Assembly: GCF_009914755.1 (NCBI RefSeq)
Contig: NC_060934.1
Reading direction: 5' to 3' (one strand)
DNA from: the human T2T-CHM13v2.0 reference genome, Homo sapiens
DNA length: 64,000 nt
Positions within the stretch are counted from its first letter, which is position 1. The number at the start of each line of letters is the position of its first letter. The notes under the pieces were generated by a model. The model ran no database searches. It had not been told where the DNA came from and was given only the letters and a program-made list of their open reading frames with translations. Shown here one piece after another: positions 16,905 through 53,400 of the stretch. A program made the translations under genes and the position numbers.

Positions 16905-17599
16905 TGTGAAGCAAATTTACTGTGTACTGGTTTATCAAGTCATCTGAGTCCAGTGAGACAGAACGTACTCATATGCAACAAGCTACATTAAGTGGATTTA
17001 TTACTTAAGGATAGGCAATAACAGACAGCAGATGCCTGGGATTCATTGTGAGTCAGTACCCCCAAGGCTTGGAAAGCTTCCTGGGATGGATGAAGCCTTG
17101 ACTGTGCATGCCCTACTTGTACTGCAGCTGAGGGACTCCAGAAAGCAACCCACTCTGGGTTTTGTATCCCAGGGGCAACATTGGGGTATAAAAGCTGTAG
17201 CCCTTGGATGCATATAATATCCCTTTCCTCATTTTATTGTTCCACATTGGGCTGAAGCATTGATGGACATTCTGTTTTTAGAATGGGGCTGGAATGAGCC
17301 TGAGCTATTCCGGCAAACTCCCTCTCATCTCAAGGTGTTGCATTCCCAGCACATTCTACAGTTCTTCTTGAGAACTATGAGGGAGTAAGGGAAGATGAAG
17401 AATGGGGTTGGTCCAAGGACACCTAGAGAACTGTCTTGCAGTGCACCCCACCTCACTTCCGCAAGATATTACCCTTAGCAAAGCCAGTCCATATCATATG
17501 CTCACCAACCATATGCCCAAATCTGGAGGTGGAGGTTTGTCTTATCAGATTTGTGTAACATCTTGACCAACACATCTTCATTCAGTGCAACACCTTTGG

Positions 17600-18650
17600 G
17601 CCATAGCCAGAATACATTTCACTAGGCTCAGGAGGACTACGACCACAAGCATGACCAAGCCTGCCTGGAGTAGTGACCTAGCCCAGAATCCAAACAATCT
17701 AGGTAAGAAATTGCCAAAGAGGTGAAAGAGGAATTCTTCAGGTGGTTCCAGTCTGTGGCCAGTGAACCTGCTTCTGAATCTCCTTCACTTTTGTTTCCAT
17801 CATACCTGTGGTATTAATCCAGCTATGGCAGGCAGTATTGCCAATTGCATGCACTCCTCCCAGTTGGGTTAAAAGAAAGTCTAGGTAACTTATATCATCT
17901 GAAACAGCCTTCCTGAGGGAGTTGAGGGATGTCTGTTGGGCTGTCAAGGCAGTGACAGTGGAGGAAGCAATATCTGCCATGGTCAGGGACAGATTTCTTA
18001 TCACTTTTTCCTAAGCACTGACTCTGATGCATGGTCTCAAAGATCTCATAAAGGACATAAGCCCACAGTCAGTTCTACCTCCTGGAAGGTTCCTAGTAAG
18101 TCTGGTGTATGGCTTTGGGCTGCAGGCCCAAATGGGGGCATCTCATTATTCCCAGGGGTGGTATCTTGGGGCACCCCCAGTACATGCAACATGCAGGATC
18201 CCTCTATCTTACAGATTTTCAGGCATGACAAAGCCCGACCTGTATTTGGGTTACTGCCAGACCATCTGCAGAGAAAGTTTCAGGCATGACAATGCCCATC
18301 CTATATTTGGGTTACTGCCAGACCATCTGCAGAGAAAGATGTAGCCCTCGGCTGCACATAACTTACCTTTCCTCATTTTATTGTTCAGTGGCCCATACAA
18401 GGGGATAGATGCATTGGCTTTCACCAGCCAAGTCTGATTGATAGCATAGTTGCATGAGCTCAGTTTCTCCCATACAATATTGTTCATGAATCCTACACAG
18501 AGCGCTAGGGGTAGTCTGGTCTTTGTTTTCATTATCACTACTGGGACACTTGTAGTCCATGTAATCAAAGGAGTGTGTCCATGAAAGTACCTGCCCACCA
18601 AGGTTTTGTTAGTTGTGGTTGTGACATTTTGCCACAGAGTCAGTTAATAG
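17600..18650 (-). pseudogene. Retroviral env remnant (SU C-terminus and TM)
   Basis: RLTR/NLPGG cleavage and fusion-peptide region near 18070-18103; heptad repeat and ISU-like YLDFLLTQLGGVHAIGNTACHSWIN; stops and frameshifts present. Confidence 0.8.
18217..18338. repeat. 61-bp tandem duplication in env
   Basis: TTTCAGGCATGACAA...TATTTGGGTTACTGCCAGACCATCTGCAGAGAAAG twice. Confidence 0.92.
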
Positions 18651-18755
18651 GGCACCTCCAGTTCCCTGTCGTGTGGCAGGTGCCAGATCCTTGCTTAGTA
18701 AGCCACGCTCAGGTGTTATTGCCTTACACTCTGACAATACTCAGGGAATAATGGT

Positions 18756-19110
18756 TGATATAGTTTGGTTGTATCCCCACCCAAATCTTGAACTGTAGCT
18801 CCCATAATTCCCATGTGTCATGGAAGACCTGGTGGGAGGTAATTGAATCATGAGGGTGGGTTTTTTCCTGTGCTGTTTTCATGATAGTGAATGAGTCTCA
18901 TGAGATATGATGGTCTTATAAAGGGGAGTTCCCCTGCACATGTTCTCTCTCTTGCCTGCCGCCATGTAAGACGTGCCTTTCTTCTCTTTCACCTTCTGTC
19001 ATCATTGTGAGGCTTCCCCAGCCATGGAACTGTGAATTCATTAAACCACTTTTTCTTTAAAAATTACCTAGTCTTGGATATGTCTTTATTAGCAGCATGA
19101 GAACAGACTA
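18756..19110 (+). mobile_element. THE1 solo LTR inserted in the ERV
   Basis: TGATATAGTTTGG...CCCACCCAAATC start; 5-bp TSD ATGGT (18751-18755 and 19111-19115). Confidence 0.88.
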
Positions 19111-20865
19111 ATGGTTTAGTTTACCACTGGCAGAAGGAGAAGGTTGCTGTGGTCTGTGACAGGAGGAGGTCCAGGGTGGCAGATCCAACACTTCTTCAGG
19201 TTGCCTGCCATGGCCATAGCTTGAAAGAGCCCACCAAAGCATTACAATTCCAGGCTTCTGCTGCCACATCCTTGTGGAAAAGCAGACTGACAGGTTCGTG
19301 CCCCACCCCTACCCCTTCCAGGCGGCCCAGGTGTTTCCTACCCATCAGATATGAATTGGGCTGAGGTGGTGTAGTGACGTAGCCTGTCTGTCCCTCTCCT
19401 GAGGCTGCCACTTCTGAGGACACCCCTTGCCCTTGCTGCTTAACCCAGACCTTTTGGCCTCAGTTGTCCAGTGTAGGAAGAGAGATCATGTCCTGTACAA
19501 ACTTAACATGCCTGATAACACTGCCCACTTGACTGGAAGGATCAGATGTCCCTACTGCCTCTAGAGGGACCCTAGCACCCTTGTATTCCTTGGTTTTGTC
19601 GCCCACCCTTGTGGGATCACATAGAGGGGAAGGGAGGCACCAAAGGGAAGCATTGCCTCCAGATTAGAGTCAGAGGGCCCCCTGTCTGGGGGTACTGTGG
19701 CAGCCTGAACTGCAAACCACCCACAGGATACGCTCTCTAAAGCGAAAAAAGAATTGTTGGAAACATGAGGATTTTGCAGGCTCAGGCCAATCAGGCAGCT
19801 GCCTGGTCCACCACCACCCTTACCAAGTTCAGTGTTTCTCAACATGCGTTGCAATGCTGTGTTTTCCTTGTGTTTAGTGCCCATATTACCCTAGTCAGGT
19901 GGGGGTACCACCCCACCAGCAGGTTGTCTTGATGTTCTCTCTTCAGTTGCTGTGTGAATCAGCTGTTCCATCATTTAATGGTTTCACTGGCCTGTGCATA
20001 ATAGAGTGTATGGAAAGCCCATCATATCTTGTGATCATATCCTCTGAAAGTGTAGCCCGTGTCATGTTGCTTGGGCAGTGAAGTATGCTGTTTGGTTAAT
20101 GGGACATCTCACAGAGTATCCAAAAAACATGACATAAGTTATCTCAAGGGTGGCTATGGTATTCCTATGAGTGACATGTATTTGTCCCTTTAAGACAGGA
20201 AGCTGTTGGCATAGTCCTCGTCCTCACACAGGGGATCCTTTAATAGCCTGGTCACTGAGCCGCTGTTCTTCTGACATTTTAGCTAGGCTGCTGGCAATGG
20301 CCCATGACTCAGTGAAAATGTAGCAATATGGTGGTAGGGGTGGCCCTGCTTGACCATCACCACTGCAGGTAGTTTGGCCGGTTGGTTGTAACATCTGTAT
20401 TCAGTCTGAGTCAAACGATGGCCATCCACCTTTGCAGCCCAATGAACCCCATCTGCTTTTAGTTTCACAGAGCCATCACTAAATGATGCCATATTTTTGG
20501 AAGGCATGTGTTTGAATCTTGGGCCCTAGGTAGCCGCAGGAAGAGCTACAGTATCCCCTATGAGTAGCTTGGCCTCTTCTGGGAATACAGCCATTTGTTC
20601 ATGGAGACTACTAGTGCCACTAGAGAGACCCAGCACCCTGGTATTCCTTGGTCCTGTCCCCTACCCTTGTGCAATCCCATACAGGAGAAGTACCCCAGGG
20701 AAGCATCGCCTTGGTAGGCATACCCCAAGGGAGCCACAGCATCCCCTTCACTTCCTGCTGGACTGTAGTGATTAGCCAGAGGTTAAAGCTTTGAGTTTGT
20801 GCAGTTCTTTTCTGAGTACGTGTCCTGCCCTGAGCATGTGCATGGCTTTAAAATTTCCAGTATAC

Positions 20866-21147
<282 letters not shown>

Positions 21148-21472
21148 TTAATTTGACAAAGAAACTCTTTGCCCAGCCTTTCCTCCCTGGCTTATAGGGC
21201 ACTATTGAATACCTCAACAGTAACGTTTTGCTCCTGATGCTTGTGGGCTGTTTATTTGGCTTACAATGTTTTAAGGAAATTCTTGCTCCCTTTTCACCAT
21301 GAGTGAGTTCTGGGGAAGGTGAAACAAGGATAAGTGCTTTGTGTCAGTCTTCCGATAGCTCGTAGACATGTTTAAACAGAAAAACTCTTTGTGAATGAGG
21401 TCTTTTCTCCCTCTGGAAGTAGGAACCTGGGTCCCACACGTGGTAGGAATGAAAAAAGGTAGGTAGGCTACC

Positions 21473-21775
21473 TTTTTTTTTTTTTTTTTGAGACCGAGTC
21501 TTGCTCTGTCACCCAGGCTGGAGTGCAGTAGCGCGATCTCAGCTCTCTGCAACCTCTGCCTCCCGGGTCTCAAGCAATTCTCCTGCTTCAGCCTCCGAGT
21601 AGCTGCAATTACAGGTGCGCGTGCCACCACACCTGGCTAATTTTTGTATTTTTAGTAGAGATGGGGTTTCACCATGTTGGCAAGCTGGTCTCGAACTCCT
21701 GACCTCAGGTGATCCACCCCCCTCTTCGACCTCCCAAAGTGTTGGGATTACAGGCCTGAGCCACCCTGCCTGGCC
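21473..21775 (-). mobile_element. Alu
   Basis: TSD TAGGCTACCTT. Confidence 0.92.
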
Positions 21776-22391
21776 TAGGCTACCTTCTTAGGACCACCAT
21801 CACTATCAAGCCAGGGAGGGGGGTGTGAGACAAGGGCAAATAAAAACGCCACAAAATTTTCCTACCATTTTTAAGTTGCTTTTTTTCTGATTTGGAGTCC
21901 ACTTGGTTGGTGTAAACCTTGGACCGTTTTCAGAGTTCAATTAGAGTCTTTTCTAACAGTTGTTGCATTTTTCAATTTTTTTATTTTTGTGATGAAATGG
22001 GCTCTTGGAGCTACATTCTACCCCGTTTATGCTGACATCACCCCAAATATTTTTGGTGAGGAAAAGAAACTAATTTGGAATTGACGTCTAGGAGAGATAA
22101 CTAAGGAGCTGGAGCCACTGATTGCAAAACAGCAAAAACATGGCTAAAGCCTTTAGGCAAGGTCACATTTAAATAGCCAGCGTTTCTAATCATTAATACA
22201 ACTTCTACACTGTTGCTGTTTTTCACTTTTCCCAACCCATTGGTTGGTGTGATGAGTTAAATTCAAGGCCCAAAACCAACAAGTTCCAGGGTAAAAGTGA
22301 ATTGCTTTGTTACAGTATAGTTTTATGATGATGAATACCTTCTTTAAAAAAAGCAATGTTGGTTTATAGAGTTTAAGATAAAAAAGTAACC

Positions 22392-22679
22392 AAGTGTTGG
22401 TATGGTGGCTCACACCTGTAATCCCAGCAGTTTTGGAGGCTGAGGCGGAAGAATTGCCTGAGGCCAAGAGTTCAAGACCAGCCTGGCCAATGCAGAAAGA
22501 CCCTGTCTCTTAAAAAAAAATTAAAACAAAAAATTAGTCAGATGTAATGGCATGACTGTAGTCCCAGCTACTCAGAGGCTGAGGCAGGAGGATCACATGA
22601 GCCCAGGAGTTTTAGGTGCAGTGAGCTATGATCGCACCACTGCACTCCAGCCTTAGTGACAGGGTGAGACTCTGTCTCA

Positions 22680-22710
<31 letters not shown>
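22392..22710 (+). mobile_element. Alu (J-type)
   Basis: Alu dimer with long poly(A). Confidence 0.88.
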
Positions 22711-22759
22711 GTAACAAAGATAAACTTTGAAATCAGAAAGATTAATAAAAATAAAAGTG

Positions 22760-23250
22760 GACAACATACACAGCCTAATTTCAGTAATTAATATAAAGCT
22801 TCAGTAATGAAGGCTGTGTGGTGGTATTGGCCTTAGAGCAGACAAACAGATCGATGGCACAGAATTAGAACCACACATAAATTGTCAACTGATTTTTTTT
22901 TTTATATAGATGCCAAGTTAATCCTATCCTGAATGACAGTCTTTTCACAAATGATGCTGAGACAAATGGGCAGCTTTTATGAAAAGGGAATGGACCTCTA
23001 TCGATACTGCCCAACAAATACATGCGTATGGATCACAGGCCTAAATGTAAGATCAAAACTATTAGCTTAGAGGAGAAAACAGAGATGACTTTAATTGTAA
23101 CCTTGGAGTAGTCAAAATATTTCTTAGGATAAGAAGGCACTAACCATGAAAAAAATATGATAAATTGGATTTATAAACTTTAAAAACTTCTTATCGAAAT
23201 ATACCATTAACAAAATGCATAGAAAAGCCCCTGAATGGGAAAATAAATGA
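22760..23250 (+). mobile_element. L1M ORF2 3' fragment downstream of PTCHD3
   Basis: Colinear with the L1M at 61415-61920. Confidence 0.7.
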
Positions 23251-23496
23251 TAAGATGCATTTTCACATATGAATGCATGTAGCAAGTGCAATGAAAATAA
23301 TATTCCATTTATAGTATGAACAATACATACAATAGTTGAATTTCAGGCATAAATATAAAGGGAAAAAATAACAGAAAAGTTGTACCTTGTACTTGATTGT
23401 AAAGACTGTAAGAAAGATAACACTTCCTAATTTAGTGAAGATATTTTAACATAAGATTAATTAATTTTTATCAGTATATTTTAAATAATAATTTAA

Positions 23497-23805
<309 letters not shown>

Positions 23806-23903
23806 TAGTTTGTTGACTATTCTTAATAGTGCATTTAAAAAAATCAGATTGGAATAGGGCAATCAGGAATTCTAGAATTGGTCTTTGACTTGTTAGTGGA
23901 TAT

Positions 23904-40760
<16,857 letters not shown>

Positions 40761-41934
40761 TTTCTCAGGGGTTCTGCACATACAAGGAACGCTTCTTCAA
40801 GGCCATCAAATGCGTGCCTATCCTATGGACTCGCAATTTATTGGGAGAATGTGGGTGTTTCTTCCATGCACACAAATGGCACAGAAATTCCACGTGTCCT
40901 GAGTGACAGATTTTACCTTTCTTGGCATTCACCCAGTAACAGTTTCAAGTAAGACTTTTATGAATCTGACACACTTGACTTAGTTATTATTTTTATTTTC
41001 TGTCCACAAGTGTAACATGTACATACATTCTCCTAGTAAAAAGAAGTAAATGCATAGAATGAAAAGTGGGGAAAAAAAATCAAAATCTTTCACTCCCATT
41101 CCTCTTAAAAGAAGTGTTAAAAAGTGGGTCTACATCCTTGCAAACCCTTTCTATGCATATACATGCATATCAAAGATATAGCAAATATACCTTTTTCATA
41201 AATACTACTTCACTATTCATGTTATGTAGATCACATTTTTCATCTACAGTGGCAGAAGATTTGAACATGTCAGTGCATATGGATTTATCTTATTTTTTTG
41301 AACTGCTCTATACTTTTCCAATGTATGGATGAAACATAATTTAGCCAGAATTTTACTGATGGACCCATACATTGTTTAGTCATTTGCTTTTATAAACAGT
41401 GCTCAGTAAATAAATATCATATTTTAACCTGTACACAGCAACCATATCTGTGAGAGATAATTCTTTAGAGTGGATTCACTAGGCCAAAGGATAGGTTCTT
41501 TTAAATTTTTAGAGCTATTGAGAAATTAAAATCCAAAGAAGTTGTATTGATTTATACCCTCATAAGCAATATATGAATTTGCCACAGCCTATCCTACAAT
41601 GTCAGCAAAGTGGTTTGTGCCACTGGCATCTTACTTTGGTTTAATTTTGAATGTACTGCTTAGTATCCTTATCTTTCCTTTTTGAGTGAACTATCATATC
41701 TTTTGCGTGCCTATTCCATTCAATAGTTTTCCTATTGGATTTTGGGATTTTCTTCTTGATTTATATGTTAAAGAAATGACCACTTTTCTTGTGGTCTGAG
41801 TTACAAGCCTCCCCTCTCCCCTCATTTTTCTCATTGCCATGGCTTATTTTTGCAATTCAATTAATGAATACTTTTCTTTCATGAATTCCATTTTTTGTCA
41901 TAACAAATTTTTCTTTTTTTGTGATTATAATTGC

Positions 41935-42315
41935 TGCGATTTGAATGAATGTGTCCCTCCAAAATTCAAAGGTTGGAACTCAAACCCCAATGTGATAGTC
42001 TTTAGGGGTGATTAAGTCATGATGGTAGACCTCTTATGAGTGGGATTAGTGACCTTATAAAAGGGCTGGAGATAACTAGCTAGGCCCTTTTGCCCTTCCA
42101 CTCTTTCGCCAGGTGAGGACATAGCCTTCCTTCCCTCCAGAGGGTGCAGCAACAAGGCACCAACTTGGAAGCAAAGGCTGGGCCCTCCAGACACCAAACC
42201 TGCCAACATCTTGATTTTGGACTTCCCCCATCCAGAATTGTAAGAAATAAATTCCTGTTGTTTGTAAACAGGATCTTAGATATTTTGTTATAACAGCACT
42301 AATGGACTAATACAA
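41935..42315 (+). mobile_element. MaLR LTR (MST/MLT1A-like); a second, older MLT1 at ~42410-42830
   Basis: TGTGTCCCTCCAAAATTCA...CTTGATTTTGGACTTCC...AGAAATAAATT...GGACTAATACA. Confidence 0.75.
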
Positions 42316-42839
42316 TAATTATCTGCTTTTTAAAAATTTAAATATTAATCCATCTGGAATTTATTTTAGTTTAATGTAGGCAGTTAAGAATCAATGACAT
42401 TAAGTGATAGTTGCCAACTAAAAACTATGCTACCCTTTCCATCATAATATGGAATTGTAATTGAAATATGGCTGTCCAATCAAGGATTACATTTTCGAAT
42501 CTCCTTTGTTCCTTTGTGTGGCCTTGTGACCAGTAATCAGCTACAGAATATAAGTGGAAGTGATGGGTGTTTCTTCCAGACCAAGACCTTTAAGAATTGC
42601 TCTATCCCATCCCATCATCTAGACATAGGTGACAGAGGAACCTACTTGAACTGTGGTACATAAGCTGGCAGGAACCTGGGTTCCTGAAGCATCATGGGCA
42701 GGATACCTAGTCACTGACCAGGAACATCTGTAGTGACTGTTACATGAGTGAGAGATATATTTGTATTGTGATAAGCCACTAAAATGTCATGGCTTATTTA
42801 TTAAAATGATTAGTTTGGCTTTACTACTAGATAATCCAT

Positions 42840-44536
<1,697 letters not shown>

Positions 44537-45563
44537 AGCGCGGTTCCAAGATGGCCGAATAGGAACAGCTCCAGTCTACAGCTCTCAGCGTGAGCGATGC
44601 AGAAGACGAATGATTTCTGCATTTCCAACTGAGGTACCGGGTTCATCTCACTGGGGACTGTCGGACAGTGGGTGCAGGACAGTGGGTGCAGTGCACCAAG
44701 CGTGAGCTGAAGCAGGGCGAGGCATCGCCTCATCTGGGAAGTGCAAGGGGTCAGGGAATTCCCTTTCCTAGCCAAGGAAAGGGGTGACAGATGGCACCTG
44801 GAAAATCGGGTCACTCCCACCCTAATACTGCGCTTTTCCGATGGTCTTAGCAAACGGCACACCAGGAGATTATATCCCGCGCCTGGCTTGGAGGGTCCTA
44901 CGCCCACGGAGCCTTGCTCATTGCTAGCACAGCAGTCTAAGATCAAACTGCAAGGTGGCAGTGAGGCTGGGGGAGGGGAGCCCGCCATTGCTGAGGCTTG
45001 AGTAGGTAAACAAAGCGGCCAGGAAGCTCAAACTGGGTAGAGCCCACCACAGCTCAAGGAGGCCTGCCTGCCTCTGTAGACTGCATGTCTGGGGGCAGGG
45101 CATAGCCAAACAAAAGGCAACAGACACCTCTGCAGACTTAAATGTCCCTGTCTGACAGCTTTGAAGAGAGTAGTGGTTCTCCCAGCACACAGCTTGAGCT
45201 CTGAGAATGGACAGACTGTCTCCTCAAGTGGGTCCCTGACCCCCAAGTAGCCTAACTGGGAGGCACGCCCCAGTAGGGGCAGACTGACACCTCACACAGT
45301 GGGGTACTCCTCTGAGACAAAACTTCCAGAGGAATGATCAGGCAGCAACATTTGCTGTTCACCAATATTCACTCTTTTGCAGCCTCCACTGCTGATACCC
45401 AGGCAAACAGGATCTGGAGTGCACCTCCAGCAAACTCCAACAGAGCTGCAGCTGAGGGTCCTGACTGTTAGAAGGAAAACTAACAAACAGAAAGGACATC
45501 CACACCAAAACCCCATCTGTATGTCACCATCATCGAAGACCAAAGGTAGATAAAACCACAAAG

Positions 45564-46573
45564 ATGGGGAAAAAACAGAGCAGAAAAACTGAAAATTCTA
45601 AAAATCAGAGCACCTCTCCTCCTCCAAAGGAACGCAGCTCCTCACCAGCAACAGAACAAAGCTGGACAGAGAATGACTTTGACGAGTTGAGAGAAGAAGG
45701 CTTCAGACGATGAAACTTCTCTGAGCTAAAGGAGGAAGTTCGAACCATCGCAAAGAAGTTAAAAACCTTGAAAAAAGATTAGACGAATGGCTAACTGAAT
45801 AACCAATGCAGAGAAGTCCTTAAAGGACGTGATGGAGCTGAAAACCATGGCACAAGAACTACGTGATGAATGCACAAGCTTCAGTAGCCAATTCGATCAA
45901 CTGGAAGAAAGGTTATCAGTGATGGAAGATCAAATGAATGAAATGAAGTGAGAAGTTTAGAGAAAAAAGAATAAAAATAAATGAACAAAGCCTCCAAGAA
46001 ACATGGGACTATGTGAAAAGACCAAATCTACGTCCGACTGGTGTACCTGCAAGTGACGGGGAGAATGGAACCAAGTTGGAAAACACTCTTGAGGATATTA
46101 TCCAGAAAAACTTCCCCAAACTAGCAAGGCAGGCCAACATTCGAATTCAGGAAATACAGAGAATGCCACAAAGATACTCCTTGAGAACAGCAACTCCAAG
46201 ACACATAATTGTCAGATTCACTAAAGTTGAAATGAAGGAAGAAATGTTAAGGGCAGCCAGAGAGAAAGGTCGGGTTACCCACAAAGGGAAGCCCATCAGA
46301 CTAACAGCTGATCTCTCGGCAGAAACTCTACAAGCCAGAAGAGAGTGGGGGCCAATATTCAACATTCTTAAAGAAAAGAATTCTCAACCCAGAATTTCAT
46401 ATCCAGCCAAATTAAGCTTCATAAGTGAAGGAGAAATAAAATCCTTTACAGACAAGCAAATGCTGAGAGATTTTGTCACCACCAGGCCTGCCCTAAAAGA
46501 GCTCCTGAAGGAAGCGCTAAACATGGAAAGGAACAACTGGTACCAGCCACTGCAAAAACATGCCAAATTGTAA
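45564..46573 (+). pseudogene. L1 ORF1, disrupted
   Basis: ATGGGGAAAAAACAG start; in-frame TGA at 45711 plus indels; C-terminal part open (46013..46573, ...QPLQKHAKL). Confidence 0.93.
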
Positions 46574-46636
46574 AGACCATCGAAGCTAGGAAGAAACTGC
46601 ATCAACTAACGAGCAAGATAACCAGCTAACATCATA

Positions 46637-50459
<3,823 letters not shown>

Positions 50460-53400
50460 ACAATGAGAACACATGGACATAGGAAGGGGAACATCACACA
50501 CTGGGGCCTGTTGTGGGGTGGGGGGGAGGGATAGCATTAGGAGATATACCTAATGTAAATGACGAGTTAATGGGTGCAGCACACCAACATGGTACATGTA
50601 TATATATGTAACAAACCTGCACGTTGTGCACATGTACCCTAAAACTTTAGTAATAAAAAAAAAAGACAGTACCTATGTGTGATGGTTAATTTGTCATGTC
50701 CATTTGTCTGGACTACAATACCCAATCATTTAATTAATCAATACAATACCCAATCATCTAGATGTTGCTGTGAAGATAACTTGTGAAGATTATTAACATT
50801 TGCAATCAGTTCGCTTTAAATAAAGTAGTTATCCTTTATAATATGGATGAGTCTCATCCAATCAATTGAATTGCCTTAACAGCAAACACAAGATTTCCCC
50901 CAGAAAGAAAAAGTTCTAACTCCAGACTGACATCAGCTCCTGCCCAGGAGTTTCTAGCTTACTGGCCTGCCATACAGATGTTGGTCTTGTCAGCCCCCAC
51001 AATTCTAACAGCCAATTCCTTGAAATATGCCAGATAGATAGATGTTAGAGAGAATCCTACTGGTTCTGTTTCTCGCAGGACTCTAACCTATATATATATA
51101 TAGATAGATAGATATATATATTGGTAGCAAGAGTTATTCCATAGAAATAGAGTCTTAAGGTTGAGTTTTATTAATTGAGTTTGAGTTTTCTGGAATGGTT
51201 CTCTAATCTGATTATATTTAAAGGCACAAATGACTGTATTTCCAGTGGTAAAGAGGGTATTAATAGACCATGCTGTGAGGTGGCAGTAGATACGCAAAAT
51301 ATTATCATTGGTTACTCTTAAACACATGCTTATGAAAGGCAATGTCCTGCATGACCATGTATTTGATACCTTAAAACATATTAGTTTAACTAGTATAATA
51401 CAGTTGACTAGTTGCTCCTAACTGCACTGGAGAAAGTGGGGAAAGAAAAGGATGATCTCAGAGCTTCACATTCTCAGCTCAAGCCCTTCCTAAAGGAACT
51501 GAAAGTTTTAATGTCTGTCCTTAAGGAAACCCTTATCTCCAGTATCTGTAGGACTGAGATTTCTGAAAACCAAACCCAGAGTTTCATTCTGCGAGTGGCT
51601 AAATTACAATGCAAATTGAATTTCCAGCTTTGCAAGGTGTCTTCTGTTAAAGTGCAGACATTGATTAGTTAGGAATGGGATCCTGAAAATTCGAATGGGG
51701 ATATATAGGAAGATGCTGATGAAGTTGGCTGGGGTCTTTAAACTCCTATATTCTGCTGAATCTTTTTTACCAATAGAAGCAGCCTTCCTACCCCTGTCTG
51801 AATAAGTTAAGCTGATTTTCCTAAGGAATCTGTAATGGTTTTCCTGGAGGTTGTTTCCTTGCAAGATACTGTTGATTATTCTCAAAACTTATCCCAGATA
51901 CCCCTTTTGATTTTAGGCATATACATAGACTTAATTAAGTCCTAGTTGTTCCCAGTGGGTTGGGTACAAACTGTAAACCATGAAGAGTAATGTTACACAC
52001 CAAAAGGACCACATGATTTTTCCAGTTTATACCGATAGAAATTTGGGGAATATGTGTGGCAATGGATATTAAAGCTGTGAGATAATGGTGGAAAGAAAAT
52101 ACAGTTGGGTCAGGCTGAATTTACTGATATGGATTTACTAAACAGAGATTCTGGATTCAATGTTGAATCTCAAAGCGTTAGAAAGGGCTTTAACAGTTTG
52201 ATTGGCTGGTTGGCTGAAACATGGACCAAAAATTGGCCCACACTAAATGAAATCGAAATGCTAGAACTGCCTTGATATATTGCAGATGAGGTTATATATA
52301 CTGGATTAGAATGTTAGGGTGGGTTCATTATGTCAAACTTGCATATCCACCAAGAGCAAGAGGACTAGAGGACACGTCTTTCACCAAATTTGTGAGGATT
52401 GAATTTGTGAAAAAGGTCCAGCATCCTTGAAGATCTCTGTGTTCACTTTTCTTTATAAGCTGGAAATTACAGTGGGAACTTCTGCCACTGAAATGGGGAT
52501 AATTGAGTCCTAGGGTGACAGAAGTCATGTGGTGACACTTAATTGCCAAAGACAAGGTGGGTGTGGTTACCAGAATCAAAACAGTAATAAGAATATTCTA
52601 ACTTGCAGAAACCCATTGCAGAGACCCAACCATCTAGCATTGGCTACTTGATTATGGTGTCTCTACAAGAGAAATACATGTGTAGACTATGAAATTTTAC
52701 TAAATTTTACTGTATATGTGGAAGAATTTTAGGTCAAGTATACAGAAGTTTAACTTGAATCATCAAAATAGAGAGCTGCAGCCACTCAATCAATTTCCAG
52801 ACTTGATCCAGTTTGTAGACCCAGAACCCTTTAGATGAATGGGAGGCTGGGTCTCCTTGATAAAGGATTTAACTGCCAAAAATTTGTGCTGTTAATCTTT
52901 CTCCTATCTTTCCCACAGGAGACTAAAGCCATTTACTAGGTGACTGTGCATTTGGCAAAAGGAAAAAATTGTATTTTGTGGGGATTAATGGACACTATCT
53001 CTGAACTAACAGGACCCAAAATTTCACTGTGGTCCACCAGTCAGAGTTTTGTCTTACGGAGGTCAGGTGATCAATAGAATTTTAGACATCTCACAGTGTG
53101 TTCAGCGTGTCTCTGGATCAATATTGTTGTTATTTCCCCAGTTCCAGAGGGCATAATTGGAAGAAATACTCAGCAACTGGCAGAATTCCCACATTGGTTC
53201 CTTGACCTGTGGAGTGAGGGCCATTATGGTGGGAAAGGCCAAGTGGAAGCCACCAGGACTGCATGTACTTAGGATGTAAACTTAACCAGTGGTGATTCCA
53301 ATTGCAGCTGTTGTTTCAGATGTGACTTTATTGCTTGAACAAGTGCTTTTTTTTCCCCTCCGTACTTTATAGTAAATATCACCAGAAGTTGTTTTGCTTT

